A stretch of DNA of 64,000 nt, taken from NCBI GenBank assembly GCA_053919585.1, contig CM132827.1, one strand, 5' to 3'. Positions 1-11,558 of this stretch are shown one piece after another. The first letter of the stretch is position 1. Each line of letters opens with the position of its first letter. The notes beneath the pieces were generated by a model. That model did not search any database. It had not been told where the DNA came from and worked only from the letters and a program-made list of their open reading frames with translations. The stretch comes from Euprymna scolopes (taxonomy: Eukaryota). The translations under genes and the position numbers were made by a program.

Positions 1-194
1 AACATTGGTAACTGGAGGTCATGTGATCCTTCCAACGACGCCACATTCGTTTTGCTACAATCGGTACAACTTTATATGTGCTCGGCCGTTTTGGCAACGT
101 AACATGCTAGATGAAAATCCTTGTTTTTATTATCAAATTAGACAAGAATTCCATTACTAATACTTTTAATCCAAGGCAACATTGGGGCTTCTTT

Positions 195-236
<42 letters not shown>

Positions 237-238
<2 letters not shown>

Positions 239-686
239 TTTTGTGGTTCAATTTAAAATTTTGAAAAAACAACATATAGAGACATATATCCGATTTAAGA
301 ATTTATTGCTTGACAAAGGAATATATAGAAAGGGTTATTTTAATTTCCTTAATCCATGGATTTTCAACAATGGCTCATATCATTAGAGGAAATGAAATGC
401 AGTTAGCAAAATGTATATAATTTCTCCATATAATTATCCACAACCATTCCAAAAACTATTTTCAATAATTGTGCTGAAAAGCAAAATAGCGTCCATTCGC
501 AGCTGAACATTTTGCTAACTGCATTTCATTCCTCTGATGATATGAGCCATTGTTGAAAATCCATGGATTAAGGAAATTAAAATAACCCCTTCTATATATT
601 CCTTTATCAAGCAATAAATTCTTAAATCGAATATATGTCTCTATATATTGTTTTTTCAAAATTTAAAATTTAACCACGAAAGTTAT
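237..686. repeat. Foldback/inverted repeat element (~180-bp arms, ~95-bp spacer); third partial arm at ~948-1050
   Basis: 237-412 is the reverse complement of ~507-686. The ORF track gives near-identical peptides on opposite strands (111..386+ and 462..659-). TA-rich runs flank both ends. Confidence 0.85.
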
Positions 687-765
687 ATATATATGATTAG
701 TTTTTTTTTTTTTGGAAAAAGAATTCCAGCAGAGTGCTGAATTGAAAGGAAAATCCAAATTGTAA

Positions 766-945
766 GTGTTATGTTGTGTTATGTTATATGTTATATATCA
801 TGTTATATTATGTTATATATTATGTTGTATTATGTCATGTTATGTTATATTATGTTGTATTATGTTATATTATGTTGTGTTATATGTTATGTTATGTTAC
901 ATTATGTTGTTTTATATTATGTTATATTATGTTGTATTATATTAT
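766..945. repeat. Degenerate pentamer microsatellite (TGTTA/TATTA)n
   Basis: Visible directly; it explains the low-complexity C/Y/M/L ORFs at 766 and 776. Confidence 0.9.
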
Positions 946-1322
946 AATAACCCTTTCTATATATTCCTTTGTCAAGCAATAAATTCTTAAATCGAATATA
1001 TGTGTCTATATGTTGTTTTTTCAGAATTTAAAATTTAACCACAAAACTTATATGTTGCTCTATTCTTTAATATTGAGCTTTTCCTTTTTGGCTAGGATCT
1101 CCTTGAAAGTATTACTTAAAGTAATATCTATCAGGATTTTTCACCTGAATTCTATCAGTGTCTTATCTTGCTTATATATATACATAAGTAGGCAATCAAG
1201 ATATACCACCAAGTGTATTTTTGTCTTGTTAAATAAAAATGTGTTTGAAAACAAAGACTTACATTCTTTCATTATAGTTCAGTCAGAGTTCTCCAAAATC
1301 AAGGAGGCCACCCAACCTGGGC

Positions 1323-1769
1323 TTAAGACTTCTGCTTATGCGTTTCCATATGTCTTGTTAGATGAGAATTTTGCGTAAAAGCAAATCCACAGATTTGACA
1401 AGAATAAGGTTTTTCCCCTGTGTGAGTTTTCATATGTTTACTTAAGTTTGAACTGTTTGAAAATGCAAATCCGCAAACTTGACACGAAAACGGTTTGACT
1501 CCGGTGTGTGATCGCACATGTAAGATCAAGTGCGAGTTGGTCGTGAATACGGATTTGCACATTTGACAAGAATATGGTTTTTCACCTGTGTGTGTTCGAA
1601 TGTGTCGCGTTAGATTTGAACTGTTTGAAAACGCAGCTTCACATATCTGACATGAATAAGGTTTCACCCCAGTGTGTTTGCGTATGTGTCCCTTTAAATT
1701 GGAGCTGCTCGAAAATGAATCCCCACATATTTTACACGTATATGGTTTTGATTTTGACTGTTTTTCCAT
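1323..1769 (-). CDS. C2H2 (Kruppel-type) zinc-finger protein, 5 tandem fingers; probably the last exon of a spliced transcript
   Basis: Five intact C-x2-C-x12-H-x3-H fingers with TGEKP/TGVKP linkers; ATG at 1769 and stop at 1323. A polypyrimidine/AG acceptor (tttctatttgcag) lies at ~1879-1891, but all frames between it and the fingers contain stops, so the 5' structure is uncertain. Confidence 0.85.
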   Translation of the reverse strand: MEKQSKSKPYTCKICGDSFSSSSNLKGHIRKHTGVKPYSCQICEAAFSNSSNLTRHIRTHTGEKPYSCQMCKSVFTTNSHLILHVRSHTGVKPFSCQVCGFAFSNSSNLSKHMKTHTGEKPYSCQICGFAFTQNSHLTRHMETHKQKS

Positions 1770-2250
1770 GATGATGTCTAAATTCAAACTTTTTTTTAGA
1801 AATGTTGATCCACTTACATTGGAAGGTTATTCTCGGAAGTTCGAATTAGAAAAGCTTGTTCTTCACTCTGACTGCAATCTGCAAATAGAAAATAAATATT
1901 ATTAAACAAATATTAAAAAGATTACATGCCCGCAACAGTGTGATTCCTTGTGGCATGTCTTTAAGAGGCAATAAAAATTATGTTAACCTTTGCTATAATA
2001 ACTTGCTTTTTAACAAATGCCACAGATTCTTCATCTCACTCTCGGCTGCTCTGTATGTATATGTGTCACTTCCTTGATGAAGGTTATCACTACTCTCTGT
2101 AGTTCCTCAACATTGGTAACTAGAGGTAGTGTGATTCTTCCGATGATGCCACGTTCTTTCTCCTACATTTTGACAACATGCAAGGGAAAATCCATGTTTT
2201 ATTGGTATGACTTTGGTATTAAATTCGACAAGAAATCCATCTTCACCTTT

Positions 2251-2560
2251 ATAACGGCATAATCATGTTGACAAACCGGTTTCTGTCAGATCACCAAAGT
2301 TAAGCAATGTTGAGCCTGGTCATTACTAAAATGGGTGACCAATTTGGGAAGTCTCGGTGCTGTATGTAGGAGGACGTCAACACCTCCCTGCAAAAAGTTG
2401 CAAAAAAGACCTAACGTCGTCATCTCCCCTAATGGGGATATACATGTGACTGGGGACTGCTTGTGAATTTCATACTTCCATGAAAATTCCTCCTTCAGAG
2501 GAAGCCAGTTAAACCCTGAATCGGGTTGGTGCTCACTGCACACACATGCACACACAAACC
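2251..2560 (+). mobile_element. 5S rRNA-headed SINE (SINE3-like), diverged
   Basis: 2251-2368 resembles 5S rRNA (GATCACCAAAGTTAAGCAATG, ATGGGTGACC, ending GCTGTATGTA like the 6642 copy), followed by a non-5S body and (CA)-rich sequence. The right boundary is approximate. Confidence 0.65.
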
Positions 2561-2603
2561 CTTCATACCAATTGTCACTATCCAGCACTCATTTCCCACC
2601 CAT

Positions 2604-2856
2604 CAGGAGCTGGTCTCCTCCCAACCGTTCCCTCTCTCTCTCCACATTAAAAAACAGCCTTGTGCCTAATTTGCTCAGTGGAGAAGCAAATAAATACCCT
2701 GTTCTTCAGATGCTGCATTTTAATTTCTTGTTCTCTGTCAGTGGAGGAGAAATCCTTCAAAACTGAGACAATTTTTTATTTGTTCCTTTTCTCCACATAA
2801 AAAAACGACGCTGGTGTCTAACTCTGTTCTGTGAGGAGGCATTGTAAATAGGAACA
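2604..2856 (+). mobile_element. U2-derived retroposon, copy A (5'-truncated dimer)
   Basis: Colinear with the reverse complement of 22399-22640: TTGTGCCTAATTTGCTCAGTGG..CTGTTCTTCAGATGCTGCA..GTGGAGGAGAAATCCTTCA..CTGGTGTCTAACTCTG..GTAAATAGGAACA. Confidence 0.8.
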
Positions 2857-3184
2857 ATATTGTAATCAAAATGAAACATAAGTACAGTAATAAATTCACT
2901 TGAAGGATGTCAAAGTTTATATTGGCTACAACGTTGCTAGAAAAACACTCAGAACGTGAACAGTAATCTAAATAATAATAAAAAACGTTCAAGTTATAAT
3001 TTTGTGTTATTTTCTAACTTTCTGTTAGATTTCTTTGGCAAAATATAGGAAGATTACATTGGAACCAACTTGTAGGGGATTAAGGTTAGGATTAGGATTG
3101 GATGATTTTCCTATGTTAGCTTATTAATTTCATCTCTTTCATTGCGCCCAAAGTATTGCTATGATTGGCCCAAACACATGATTA

Positions 3185-3343
3185 TAGTAATGTTTTTAGC
3201 CAGTGTTTTGATATTTGTCATCTGAAGGGTCGAACTTCAAAACGATACCGATCTTGTGAAAATCTGTCGCCTCTGTCAAAAGTTTTAGGCAGGCATACAA
3301 ATATACATACATTTAAACAGACAGGTGATATTTATATTATAGA
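3185..3343 (-). mobile_element. Non-autonomous Helitron, 5' part only
   Basis: The - strand starts TCTATAATATAAA directly after the CTAG of the neighbouring unit; paralogous to 18930-19073. Confidence 0.65.
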
Positions 3344-3980
3344 CTAGCGGGGATACCCAGCATTGCCCGGGTGTTTGGAGTTGGAAAAGAAAAAAAATGT
3401 TAGGAGGGAGGGAGGGAGGCTTGAACCTGTGATGAACCCGAAGGTGGAAAAGAAAGTCAAAGAAAATGTAAACTTTTACCGTCATGCTACAAAGGCATAG
3501 GGAGTGAAAAGCATTGAAATGTAGCGATGTCAATCCAAAGTTGACTTGCTAAGTGAATGCAAAAATGAATGTTGCTGAAGGCCAGTCAAGTTTTCTGCTG
3601 CTTGGAAAACCAGCTCCAAACGAAAAGAGAGTGTCCAAATGAATAGCAATTGTCTGATATGAGGGTTTTCCCCGACATTGATCAAAGCTAATTGCTTTCT
3701 GGACATCCTGGCATGAAAGGCCAGGGAGATGTCTTCGCTTTTGATTAGTTTCACTTTTATGTGAAAAGCGCAAACAAACATGCGAGACGATAGAATAGTA
3801 TGAATTTTATAAAAGTCCATCAAAATAGATGTAGATACAATGTGCGTTCACCAATCGTAGATATTATAATCTAGGAAGTTTATAAAAAGTTCTAAAACAA
3901 AGTAACTCCACCGAGAACCTTGACAAAAAAAAGCCTTTGCTGGACATACAAAAATGAACGACCATTTTGTCTTTTATAGA
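3344..3980 (-). mobile_element. Non-autonomous Helitron
   Basis: - strand 5'-TCTATAAAA start; 3' GC hairpin (CCCGGGCAATGCTGGG) followed by CTAG; 3344-3740 is closely similar to 19074-19470. Confidence 0.75.
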
Positions 3981-3984
3981 TATA

Positions 3985-4729
3985 CTAGCAGGAGTACCCG
4001 CCATTGCCCGGGTATTTGTAGGTGTGTGTGTGCTGGGGGGAGGGAACAATAAAAAAAGTTTTGGTATGTAGACTTGAACCCAAACCCTTAAGGTTAACAG
4101 GCTGAGAACTTACCGCCTCACTAAGATGGCAGAGCACTGAGAATGTGTGAAATAAAAATGATTTAAATGTTATGTGACAGGTGCAAGTTTAATGAGGTCA
4201 AACATGACGCCTCACAGAATGAAAGCGTCGATCTTAATTTCGCACTTAATGTTAAGTGCGGGATAGTTGTTTTTTTGTTTTTTGTTTTTACACCACTTTA
4301 AACCAACTCCCCTAACAAAGAGGGAGCGTGTCCAAATGAAAGCAATTGTCTGATATGACAGTGAAAACCGACATTGACCAAACATTTATTGCTTTCTGGA
4401 GGACGTTCCCGGCCTGTGTGCCATGGAACTGCTGATATGGAAATCAGTTTTGCTTTTTTATACTCTAAAGCAAAACAAAGACGCGGCGATTGAAAAAATC
4501 TTGAAAATAGCGCGTAAAAGTTGGGCAAATTAAAACTAGACGCGACTCCTGTTCTTAACTCGTAGATATTATGATTTAGACAGTATATAAAAAGTTTTAA
4601 GAAGGAGTGACCCAACCGAGTGCTCCCCCCCTGAGAAAAGCCTTTTGCGGACATACACAAAAAGTGCACACACACACTCACTCACTCACACACACACACA
4701 CTAACACACATTTTCACTTTATATATAGA
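3985..4729 (-). mobile_element. Non-autonomous Helitron
   Basis: - strand A|TCTATATATAAA ... CCCGGGCAATGGCGGG..CTAG|T: canonical TC/hairpin/CTAG ends inserted at AT. Confidence 0.75.
4063..4130 (-). pseudogene. Degenerate tRNA-like segment (Asn GTT-like loop) inside a Helitron
   Basis: - strand TAGTGAGGCGG (A-box-like) ... CTGTTAA ... GGTTCAAGTC (B-box-like); acceptor stem not intact. Confidence 0.4.
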
Positions 4730-5715
4730 TGATTTTCTTTAGAAATATTTTTCACATTATAATTTGTTTTCATTATAAAAACAAAACAATGAATACCAGA
4801 ACCACAGTTTCTTGTGAAAGTTGTTCAAACAAGTACTTCAAAACAATAGTCAAGTTTAACGAAAACAAAAATAAAACTCATTATTTTATTAATTATTATG
4901 TCCCTTCCAGAGTTTTCAATTTCTTTTCTTCATTGCTATTCAAAAACAACCCTCACCCTAACCCTAACCTTAAAACCAACTTTCATAATACTTTTTATTA
5001 AATTTAGCAATCTTCAATATGCGCATTTTGTGAGTGTCTAAAGCCAAAATGGAAAAAAAGGGGGGGGGTATTTTTTGACAAATTCTTTCTTTAAAAATCT
5101 ACCAAAAATCAAGTAATAATCCAATCAATACGAAATTTTCACAGATAGTTAAGTAAAGAATAAACATAACATAAAAGTGTACTTTTTTTCATAATCGATT
5201 TTTACATATTTTTTGCCTAAAAAACAACTTTCTTTATTTATGGTTAGAAATATGCTTAAAATAATCAGCCGAAACTGAACAAAATGTATTGTGGGGAGGG
5301 TGAGATAAAACAAACAAAAAAAACAATTGTTTCACATATCAGATTTTAAGGTTGAAAATCCGAATTTTAAATGTGTTTAATTTTTCATCCATCGTGTTTT
5401 GAGGTGTAAAATTTCTTGAATATGTTAATAATATTATCTTTCAAATTAGCAAAAAAAAAAAAAGATATATATTTTTTCATTATTCTTACGAAAAACACTA
5501 CTTTTAAATCTTCAAAAAATAAATAAATAATTTTCTATTGTTTGTATATCATTAAATAGGAAATGCTTTGAAGAATCGACACTAAAATACTGACTTAGTT
5601 TAAAGTGTGGGAGATTTGCATCTACCACACTCTCTCATCCAGAAACACTTGATCCTGATGGCAAGACAGGCTCAAGATGGGTAAGCATGATACTAGATGC
5701 AGGAGTTTTCTCCAA

Positions 5716-5795
5716 CATATATGGCGCCTAGCATTCCGAAAATGGTTATCAATTTGCTACTGGCCAGTCCCATCGTTGCTTAACGTCAGGGGTTA
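5716..5795 (-). mobile_element. Diverged 5S-derived head fragment
   Basis: - strand GTTAAGCAACGATGGGACTGGCCAGTAG...GCTAGGCGC resembles 6690-6750. Confidence 0.5.
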
Positions 5796-5982
5796 TGTAA
5801 GCAAAAAAATATGTATCGCTTATGAAAAAAGAATTAAACCTTTATAAAGATTCTTCACTCAATCGTTAAAACAAACGTTAAAAATACTTAGAAATTTACA
5901 AGACTAAATGAGTGTAAAGGCTACCTTAGTTTCTTCCAAACTACCATTAAATTTTATTTTATTTCGTCACTCATCAAGAACT

Positions 5983-6192
5983 TGTTTACGTTGGACTTGA
6001 AGACAATCAGATTGTAGTCAGCTGGAAAGCAGGCAATCGGAAGAGAGTTCCACAGGCGTGCAGTTCTAAGAAAGAAGCTTTGTTCATGGAACCTACGTTT
6101 AGGTTTAGGTACAGATAAAGAGTGTGGGAAATTATTGATAGTGGTTTTGACGAGATGAGTGTTTTTCGTGAAAATTTGACGAGGGGGGGGCA
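5983..6192 (-). mobile_element. CR1/L2-group LINE ORF2 C-terminal fragment
   Basis: Peptide SFFLRTARLWNSLP..FKSNVNK; homologous to 6983-7180 and 16270-16480. Confidence 0.85.
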
Positions 6193-6641
6193 TAAAAAAA
6201 TGGAATTATTTGAAATTCAGATACGTTATAATATTTTTGCATATTTTTATAGCAAATCATCCTAAATCTTAGACAAAACAAATTAATTTATTCAAAAACT
6301 TTAAAATAAAAAAATATTTAAATGTGTCAACCATCGAGACAAATATGGTAGCGAATAGTGTTTTTTTTTGTTTTTTTAGAAAAAAAAAGATTTTTTTAAA
6401 TTCTATTAAAATTAGTAGAAAAAGTTTTATATTATTCTGCTTTTCATATCGAATTCAGGCTTTTATCTTTCTAGAAAAAAAGTTGCTCAAGAATAATAAA
6501 TTTTAATAGATTTTAATTCGTTTTAAAAAAAACAACTTGGTTTTTCTACCATTTTTTAGCCTTAAGTAAAACCAAAATGGCGACCACTGAACACCGTTAG
6601 AGAATACACTGGATAATAAAGATCTTAATATCATGAAAACT

Positions 6642-6815
6642 ATGTATGGCATAATCACGTTGACACCCCAATTCTTACCAGATCACCGAAGTTAAGCAAC
6701 ATTGAACCAAGCCAGTACCAGATGGGTGACCATTTGGAAAGGCTAGGCGCTGTATGTACTTTCTGGGAAGGTTGGGCGTGGTGCCAACATCCCCACCCCG
6801 GAAAAAAAAAAAAAA
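6642..6815 (+). mobile_element. 5S rRNA-headed SINE (SINE3-like) with an RTE 5'UTR-like motif and A-run
   Basis: CACGTTGA..GATCACCGAAGTTAAGCAAC..GATGGGTGACC..GCTGTATGTA (5S box A and box C), then GGTTGGGCGTGGTGCCAACATCCCCACCCCGG(A)n. Confidence 0.7.
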
Positions 6816-6835
6816 ATCTCCTCGCTACAAAAGCA

Positions 6836-8057
6836 GTTTTTTTTGGGTTTTTTATTACACAGTGGTCACCACTTATCAAGGCCCGGAAGCTACTCAAGGA
6901 TAAGGGTTATTGCAAGTACATTACGTTTGTGTGGAGATTTGAAGAAGTGTTTACTTAAGGGGGCGGTTCATTAGGAATTTGTTTACGTTGGACTTGAAGC
7001 CATCCAAGTTGTAGTCAGGTGGTAAGCAGGCAGACGGAACAGAGTTCCACAGGCGTGCAGTTCTAAGAAAGCTTTGTTCATGAAATCCGCATTTTGATTT
7101 AGGCATAAAGAGTGGGGGAAATTTTTCACAATGGATTCAGCTAGACGGGTGTTTTTCGTGAAAGATTGGCGAGGGGGCACCAGAGATTGGAGTTCAGACG
7201 AGCACCTACCATGGAAATAACGATAAAACAAAGATAGGCTCGCAACGTCTCTTCTGTGGGAGAGAGATTGCAGGGTAGAGAAAAGGGCACCCCCCACTAA
7301 GCCACAAAGTCTATTTTGTACTCTGTCAAGGCAGGATAGGCTGTTTTTAGCAGCTCCTGCCCAGATATGGCAGCAGTATTCCATTCTTGGACGTACTTGG
7401 CTTTTATATAGATAGAGAATTGCATCAGTAGTGAGATATCTTCTGGAGCGGTAGAAGGATCCCACCATCTTTCCAGCGACCTTGGCAACAGACTTGATGT
7501 ACGTGTTCCATTTCAGATCAGGAGTAAAGGTCAAACCCAGAAGCTTGTCAAAACACGGGGCCTCTTCCAGATGAGAGCCATCCATCCCAATTGATGCCAG
7601 ATGGGGATCAGAGCGTTGATGATGTAAGGATAGGAGTTTGGTTTTAGATGCATTGAAGGTAACCAGCCACGTCTTCCCCCACTGAACCACATGCTCGAGA
7701 TCAGAAGAGAGAGAATCAGAGAGAACTTTGTCATTTACAGTCTTTGATGTGTTGCCGTAGATGGTCGTGTCATCAGCATAGATGTCAACGAATGATTTAA
7801 GTATGTGTTTAGGGAGGTCATTTATGTAGATCAGAAAGAGAGTTGGGCCCAGAATTGACCTCTGAGGGACTCCAGCATTAATACTGCAGGCCTCGGATTT
7901 TTGTCCATTGACCACTACTCTTATGAGCCTATCGGAGAGAAATGATTTAATGATTGAGAAAACATTTCCAGTTATACCGTAGCTGGAAATCTTGTGAAGT
8001 AGGTCTTTATGCCATACCTTGTCGAAGGCCTTTGATATGTCAAGAGCAATTGCCCTA
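6836..8057 (-). mobile_element. 5'-truncated CR1/L2-group LINE with reverse transcriptase domain
   Basis: ALDISKAFDKVWH, GVPQ(R)SILGPTLFLIYINDL, YADD, WLVTFNASKT, YKSQVRPRMEYCCHIW; frameshift near the C-terminus; 3'UTR with A-rich tail at ~6836-6853. Confidence 0.93.
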
Positions 8058-8269
8058 GAAAGTTACAAAGTTGTGGTTGGCCTATGCCCCATACAGGGGC
8101 TCAAGACTATAGAATCATGAAAACTTTGTCGGCAACAATTTTAAATGTTATAATCTTTGAAAACAGTCACTGATATCACGAAAAATCAACTTTTGAAAGG
8201 TGAGTGTTTAGTTGGTGCCCATCAGTAATTTCACCTTTTTTTTTCTACTAGTTCTTGAATGTTAACTTT

Positions 8270-8672
8270 TTTGTTTACAAAAGAGTCACTACTTATCAAG
8301 TCCCGCAGGCCACTCGAGGATAAGGATCAATGAGTGTACGGTAGTCAATGGGAAAATATCGTAGAATCATTAGCAGTAGAAATTTGTAAATTGAGTTACT
8401 TAAGGGGGACGGCTCATCAAAAACTTGTTCACATTAGACTTGAAGACAACCCTATTGTAGTCAGTTGGAAAGCAGGAAAATAGAACAGAGTTCCACAGGC
8501 ATGCAGTTCTAAGAAAGACGCTTTGTTCATTGAATCTCTGTTTAGGTTTAGGCACAGATAAAGAGTGGGGGAAGTTATATTATAGTGGTTTAAGTTAGAC
8601 GAGTGTTTTTTGTGGAAGTCAGACCAGGAGGAACCACAGATTGGAGCTAAGATGACCACTTGCCATGAAAAT
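8270..8672 (-). mobile_element. Older 3' fragment of the same LINE group
   Basis: Shares TTCTAAGAAAG..CTTTGTTCAT and the 3'UTR CACTACTTATCAAG.CCCG with the 6836 and 16063 copies. Confidence 0.8.
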
Positions 8673-8899
8673 AATGCCCTAAATTTACCAAAAGATTGAG
8701 TAGGTCTAGCAATCATATTTAGTGCTTGTGCATTATATGACCTGGAAGTCAGTAATTGTGCACACTACAAACCAGTTTCTTGTAAATGTTTGATTTGCTC
8801 AGGTTCAACCACCACCTGACTGACGGCACCGCCAGAATATACTCAGTGGTGCTAAAAATGCTTGGAAGCCCAATTAAATTATTATTTTTATTGGTATTT

Positions 8900-9490
8900 T
8901 TTTTTTTTTGAAATAGTATTTTCAAGTAAAATTCAAGTTTTATCATATCTTTTATATTAAATTGTTATATGAACGTAAAGAATAGTTAAAAAAAAACACA
9001 TTCCCTTCTCATGTTAAGAATGGCTTTCTAAGTAATATCGTTGTTATTTCAGCACGTTAACAAAAGTGCATAAGTAGCCTCTTTTTTTACTTTGCTTTCC
9101 ACCTCAACACTCACTGAAGACTTTTATAGGTGTTTGTGTATGCTGAAAACAAATATCACATTATTTTTGTGGCACACAAATGGTTTTGACTTTTGTTATC
9201 CAATGTAATTCATTATGTTTTGCTGGCAGCCATGTTTTTCCCAACTGAATATTACTAATGCACATGCATGTTCCCTCCTTCCAATGTTAAGAATGGCGAA
9301 CGTCACTGACATTTATTGGTATTCATGCAGAGAGTGATCCGTGCTGAAATAAAAAAAATCATTCTTAACATGGGGAGGGGAGTGTTTTGTACCTATTCTG
9401 TACTTTAACCTTACAATTGCATAAAAAAAAACATATCATAAAACTTTAATTAAACGTGGAAATACAATTTAAAAAATAGTGCGGATCACT
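8900..9490. mobile_element. Fragments of an AT-rich MITE-like family in inverted arrangement (also ~9705-9755, 27830-27960, 30020-30160, 31725-31765)
   Basis: Recurrent motif CCCC(C/T)ATGTTAAGAATGGCTTT(C/T)TAAATAAT..ATTTCAGCACG on both strands. Confidence 0.55.
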
Positions 9491-9950
9491 CTCTGCATTA
9501 GCACCCATTAATACATTGGATAATACAAGTCTTTATATCCAGAAAACTAGTTATCTGCCTCAAATTTTAATGTGATATTAAATTAATATTAGTATTCGGC
9601 ATACCCGAAAACCTATCAAAGTCACTTAAATTATAGAAAGAAAGTAAAGATTTACCTTTTATATTTTTGTTTATTAAATTGAGGTGAAAGTACATAATAG
9701 TTACAAAATACCCCTTCCTGTATTAAGAATGGCTTTCTAAATAATGATGTTTATATAAATGCACAAGTATTCGTCATTGTTGGTCCAGCCATACCAGACA
9801 TTTACGAGAAATCAGGTTCGTAATGTGCACACTGCACCAGTGCACCACACTGCAGTTGCACCAGTACCTCATATTTGGATAAAGTATTATCATTTATGCA
9901 AAATAACAAAGATTCAATATCTGTATAATATCTTCTTTTTTTATTATTCC

Positions 9951-10198
9951 ATGACTTACTTGGTCTTTTGGCCAAGATCAAAGTGTAGTATCTGTTCTTC
10001 AGATTTGCACTTCCATTTCTCGTTCTCTTTCAGTGGAGGAGAAATCCTTCACGATTGAGACAATTTTTATTTTTGTACCTTTTCTCCACGTTAAAAAAAA
10101 ACACCCTGGTGTCTAACTCTGTCCCGTGGGGAGGCATAGTAAATAGGTACTACTACTACTACTAATACTAATAATAATAATACTACTAATAATAATAA
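9951..10198 (+). mobile_element. U2 snRNA-headed retroposon, copy B (monomer) with (TAC)n(TAA)n tail
   Basis: CTTGGTCTTTTGGCCAAGATCAAAGTGTAGTATCTGTTCTT matches the U2 5' end (stem I plus the GTAGTA branch-site-pairing region); ~198 nt body followed by a simple-repeat tail. Confidence 0.85.
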
Positions 10199-10891
10199 AA
10201 TTAAAAAAACACCTCGTATTATGTAAAAAATAAATAAAAATAACAGAGATTAAAATTGAATACAAATGAGACGCAATGTTGGGCCAAAAAATTCAAATAA
10301 TACTTACTTTTTATAATTCGATTTTTTAATGATTTCTTAGATTTAAAGTCAGAAACGACGATAAGAAACATCAGTAAAAATTAACGGATCGAAAGTCAAA
10401 ATCCAAGATGTCGACCGGAAAAGCAGGTCCGCAGTAATTTTTTTTTTTTTAAATGAAAGAGAATGGGTTGATAACATTGCCAGTCTCTTTGGCGATTGCA
10501 GGAAAAATGATTATTAATTAATTTATTCGTCGGCAAAATCACTAAATCACGGTTTGAGATTATGGCGGAAAAAAATCCTGTGTAAGCGTTAATTTTTTAT
10601 TTATTAAATATTATTATATGATAAATTTTTTCGAGTTAAAATCTATTGAGAAATACACATTTTTTATTGAGAAATGCACACTTTAAATGTGTAAACATTG
10701 GTTGAATTTATTCACTAAGGTGCACAAGAGACACCCTTTTGAATAACCGGTTCTTATTAAGATTGGCACTTATAGAGATCAAATAAAACTGAAGAATAAC
10801 TATTATATTGTACCGACTTGTCACGGAATGAAGATTGTATCTTCGAAAAATCACAGAAATTGATCAAGTATTTTTTTTTTTTTTTAATTTT

Positions 10892-11397
10892 GGTACTTGT
10901 ACAGCTTAATCAAGACGTTAAAAAAATGAAAATATCGTAAAAAGTTATATTGTACGTATCCGTTATGGAATGAAGTTCCCTGAAAAAAAAAATTTCAATT
11001 AATTTCATCAAATAGTTTTTTATTTATTTATTTATTTATTTATTTTTATCTTTTTTTTTTTTTTTTTTACAGCGAAAAACCAATTTGTTATGATACCGAG
11101 CAAAAGGTTCGGTTTTTAGGAAGAAAAGCTAGTTATTAAAGATGTGGAGATAGTCTCAACGCTTTACATTGAGTTATCTCCCCGTGGCGTGTTAAAAATT
11201 TCCATAATGGCTGACTTCAACATGCTCTCATAAAAACGCGTTTTTTCGCTGTAAAAAAAAAAAAAAAAAAATCAAATGTAAAATCAAATGAAATTTTTTT
11301 TCAGAGATCTTCAGTCCAAAACGGATACGTACAATATAACCTTTTTCTTATATTTTCATTTTTTTTTTTAATGCCGTGATTAAACTGTACAAGTACC
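10892..11397. mobile_element. Foldback/MITE with long imperfect inverted arms
   Basis: GGTACTTGTACAG..TATATTGTACGTATCCG..TTACAGCGAAAA is mirrored by TTTTCGCTGTAA..CGGATACGTACAATATA..CTGTACAAGTACC. Confidence 0.8.
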
Positions 11398-11558
11398 TTA
11401 ATTTTATTTAGGAAAAACATATTTCTCTAGAGAACATAATAAGGGAAGATAATCAAGAGTTTCCACATGCATTAGGGTTGTCTTCCCTTGTCCACCGATT
11501 CGCTAATTTCAATTTTTTCCAAACAGTAAAATTTGATATTCTTGAATGAAAAAGAAGC

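Noticed and set aside
111-990. Short ORFs as genes
   Set aside because: They are products of microsatellites and a palindrome; the same applies to most 60-130 aa ORFs in the AT-rich left half.
1323-1769. ZNF protein as the binder of the neighbouring satellite
   Set aside because: Proximity (30 kb) is the only link; nothing in the sequence supports it.
6642-6758. Functional 5S rRNA gene
   Set aside because: Many substitutions, dispersed single copies, no terminator after the 5S part, and it continues into a SINE-like body.
9951-10000. Functional U2 snRNA gene
   Set aside because: Clear U2 identity stops after ~49 nt (no stem IIa ATCAG..CTGAT), and the copy ends in a retroposon-type tail.
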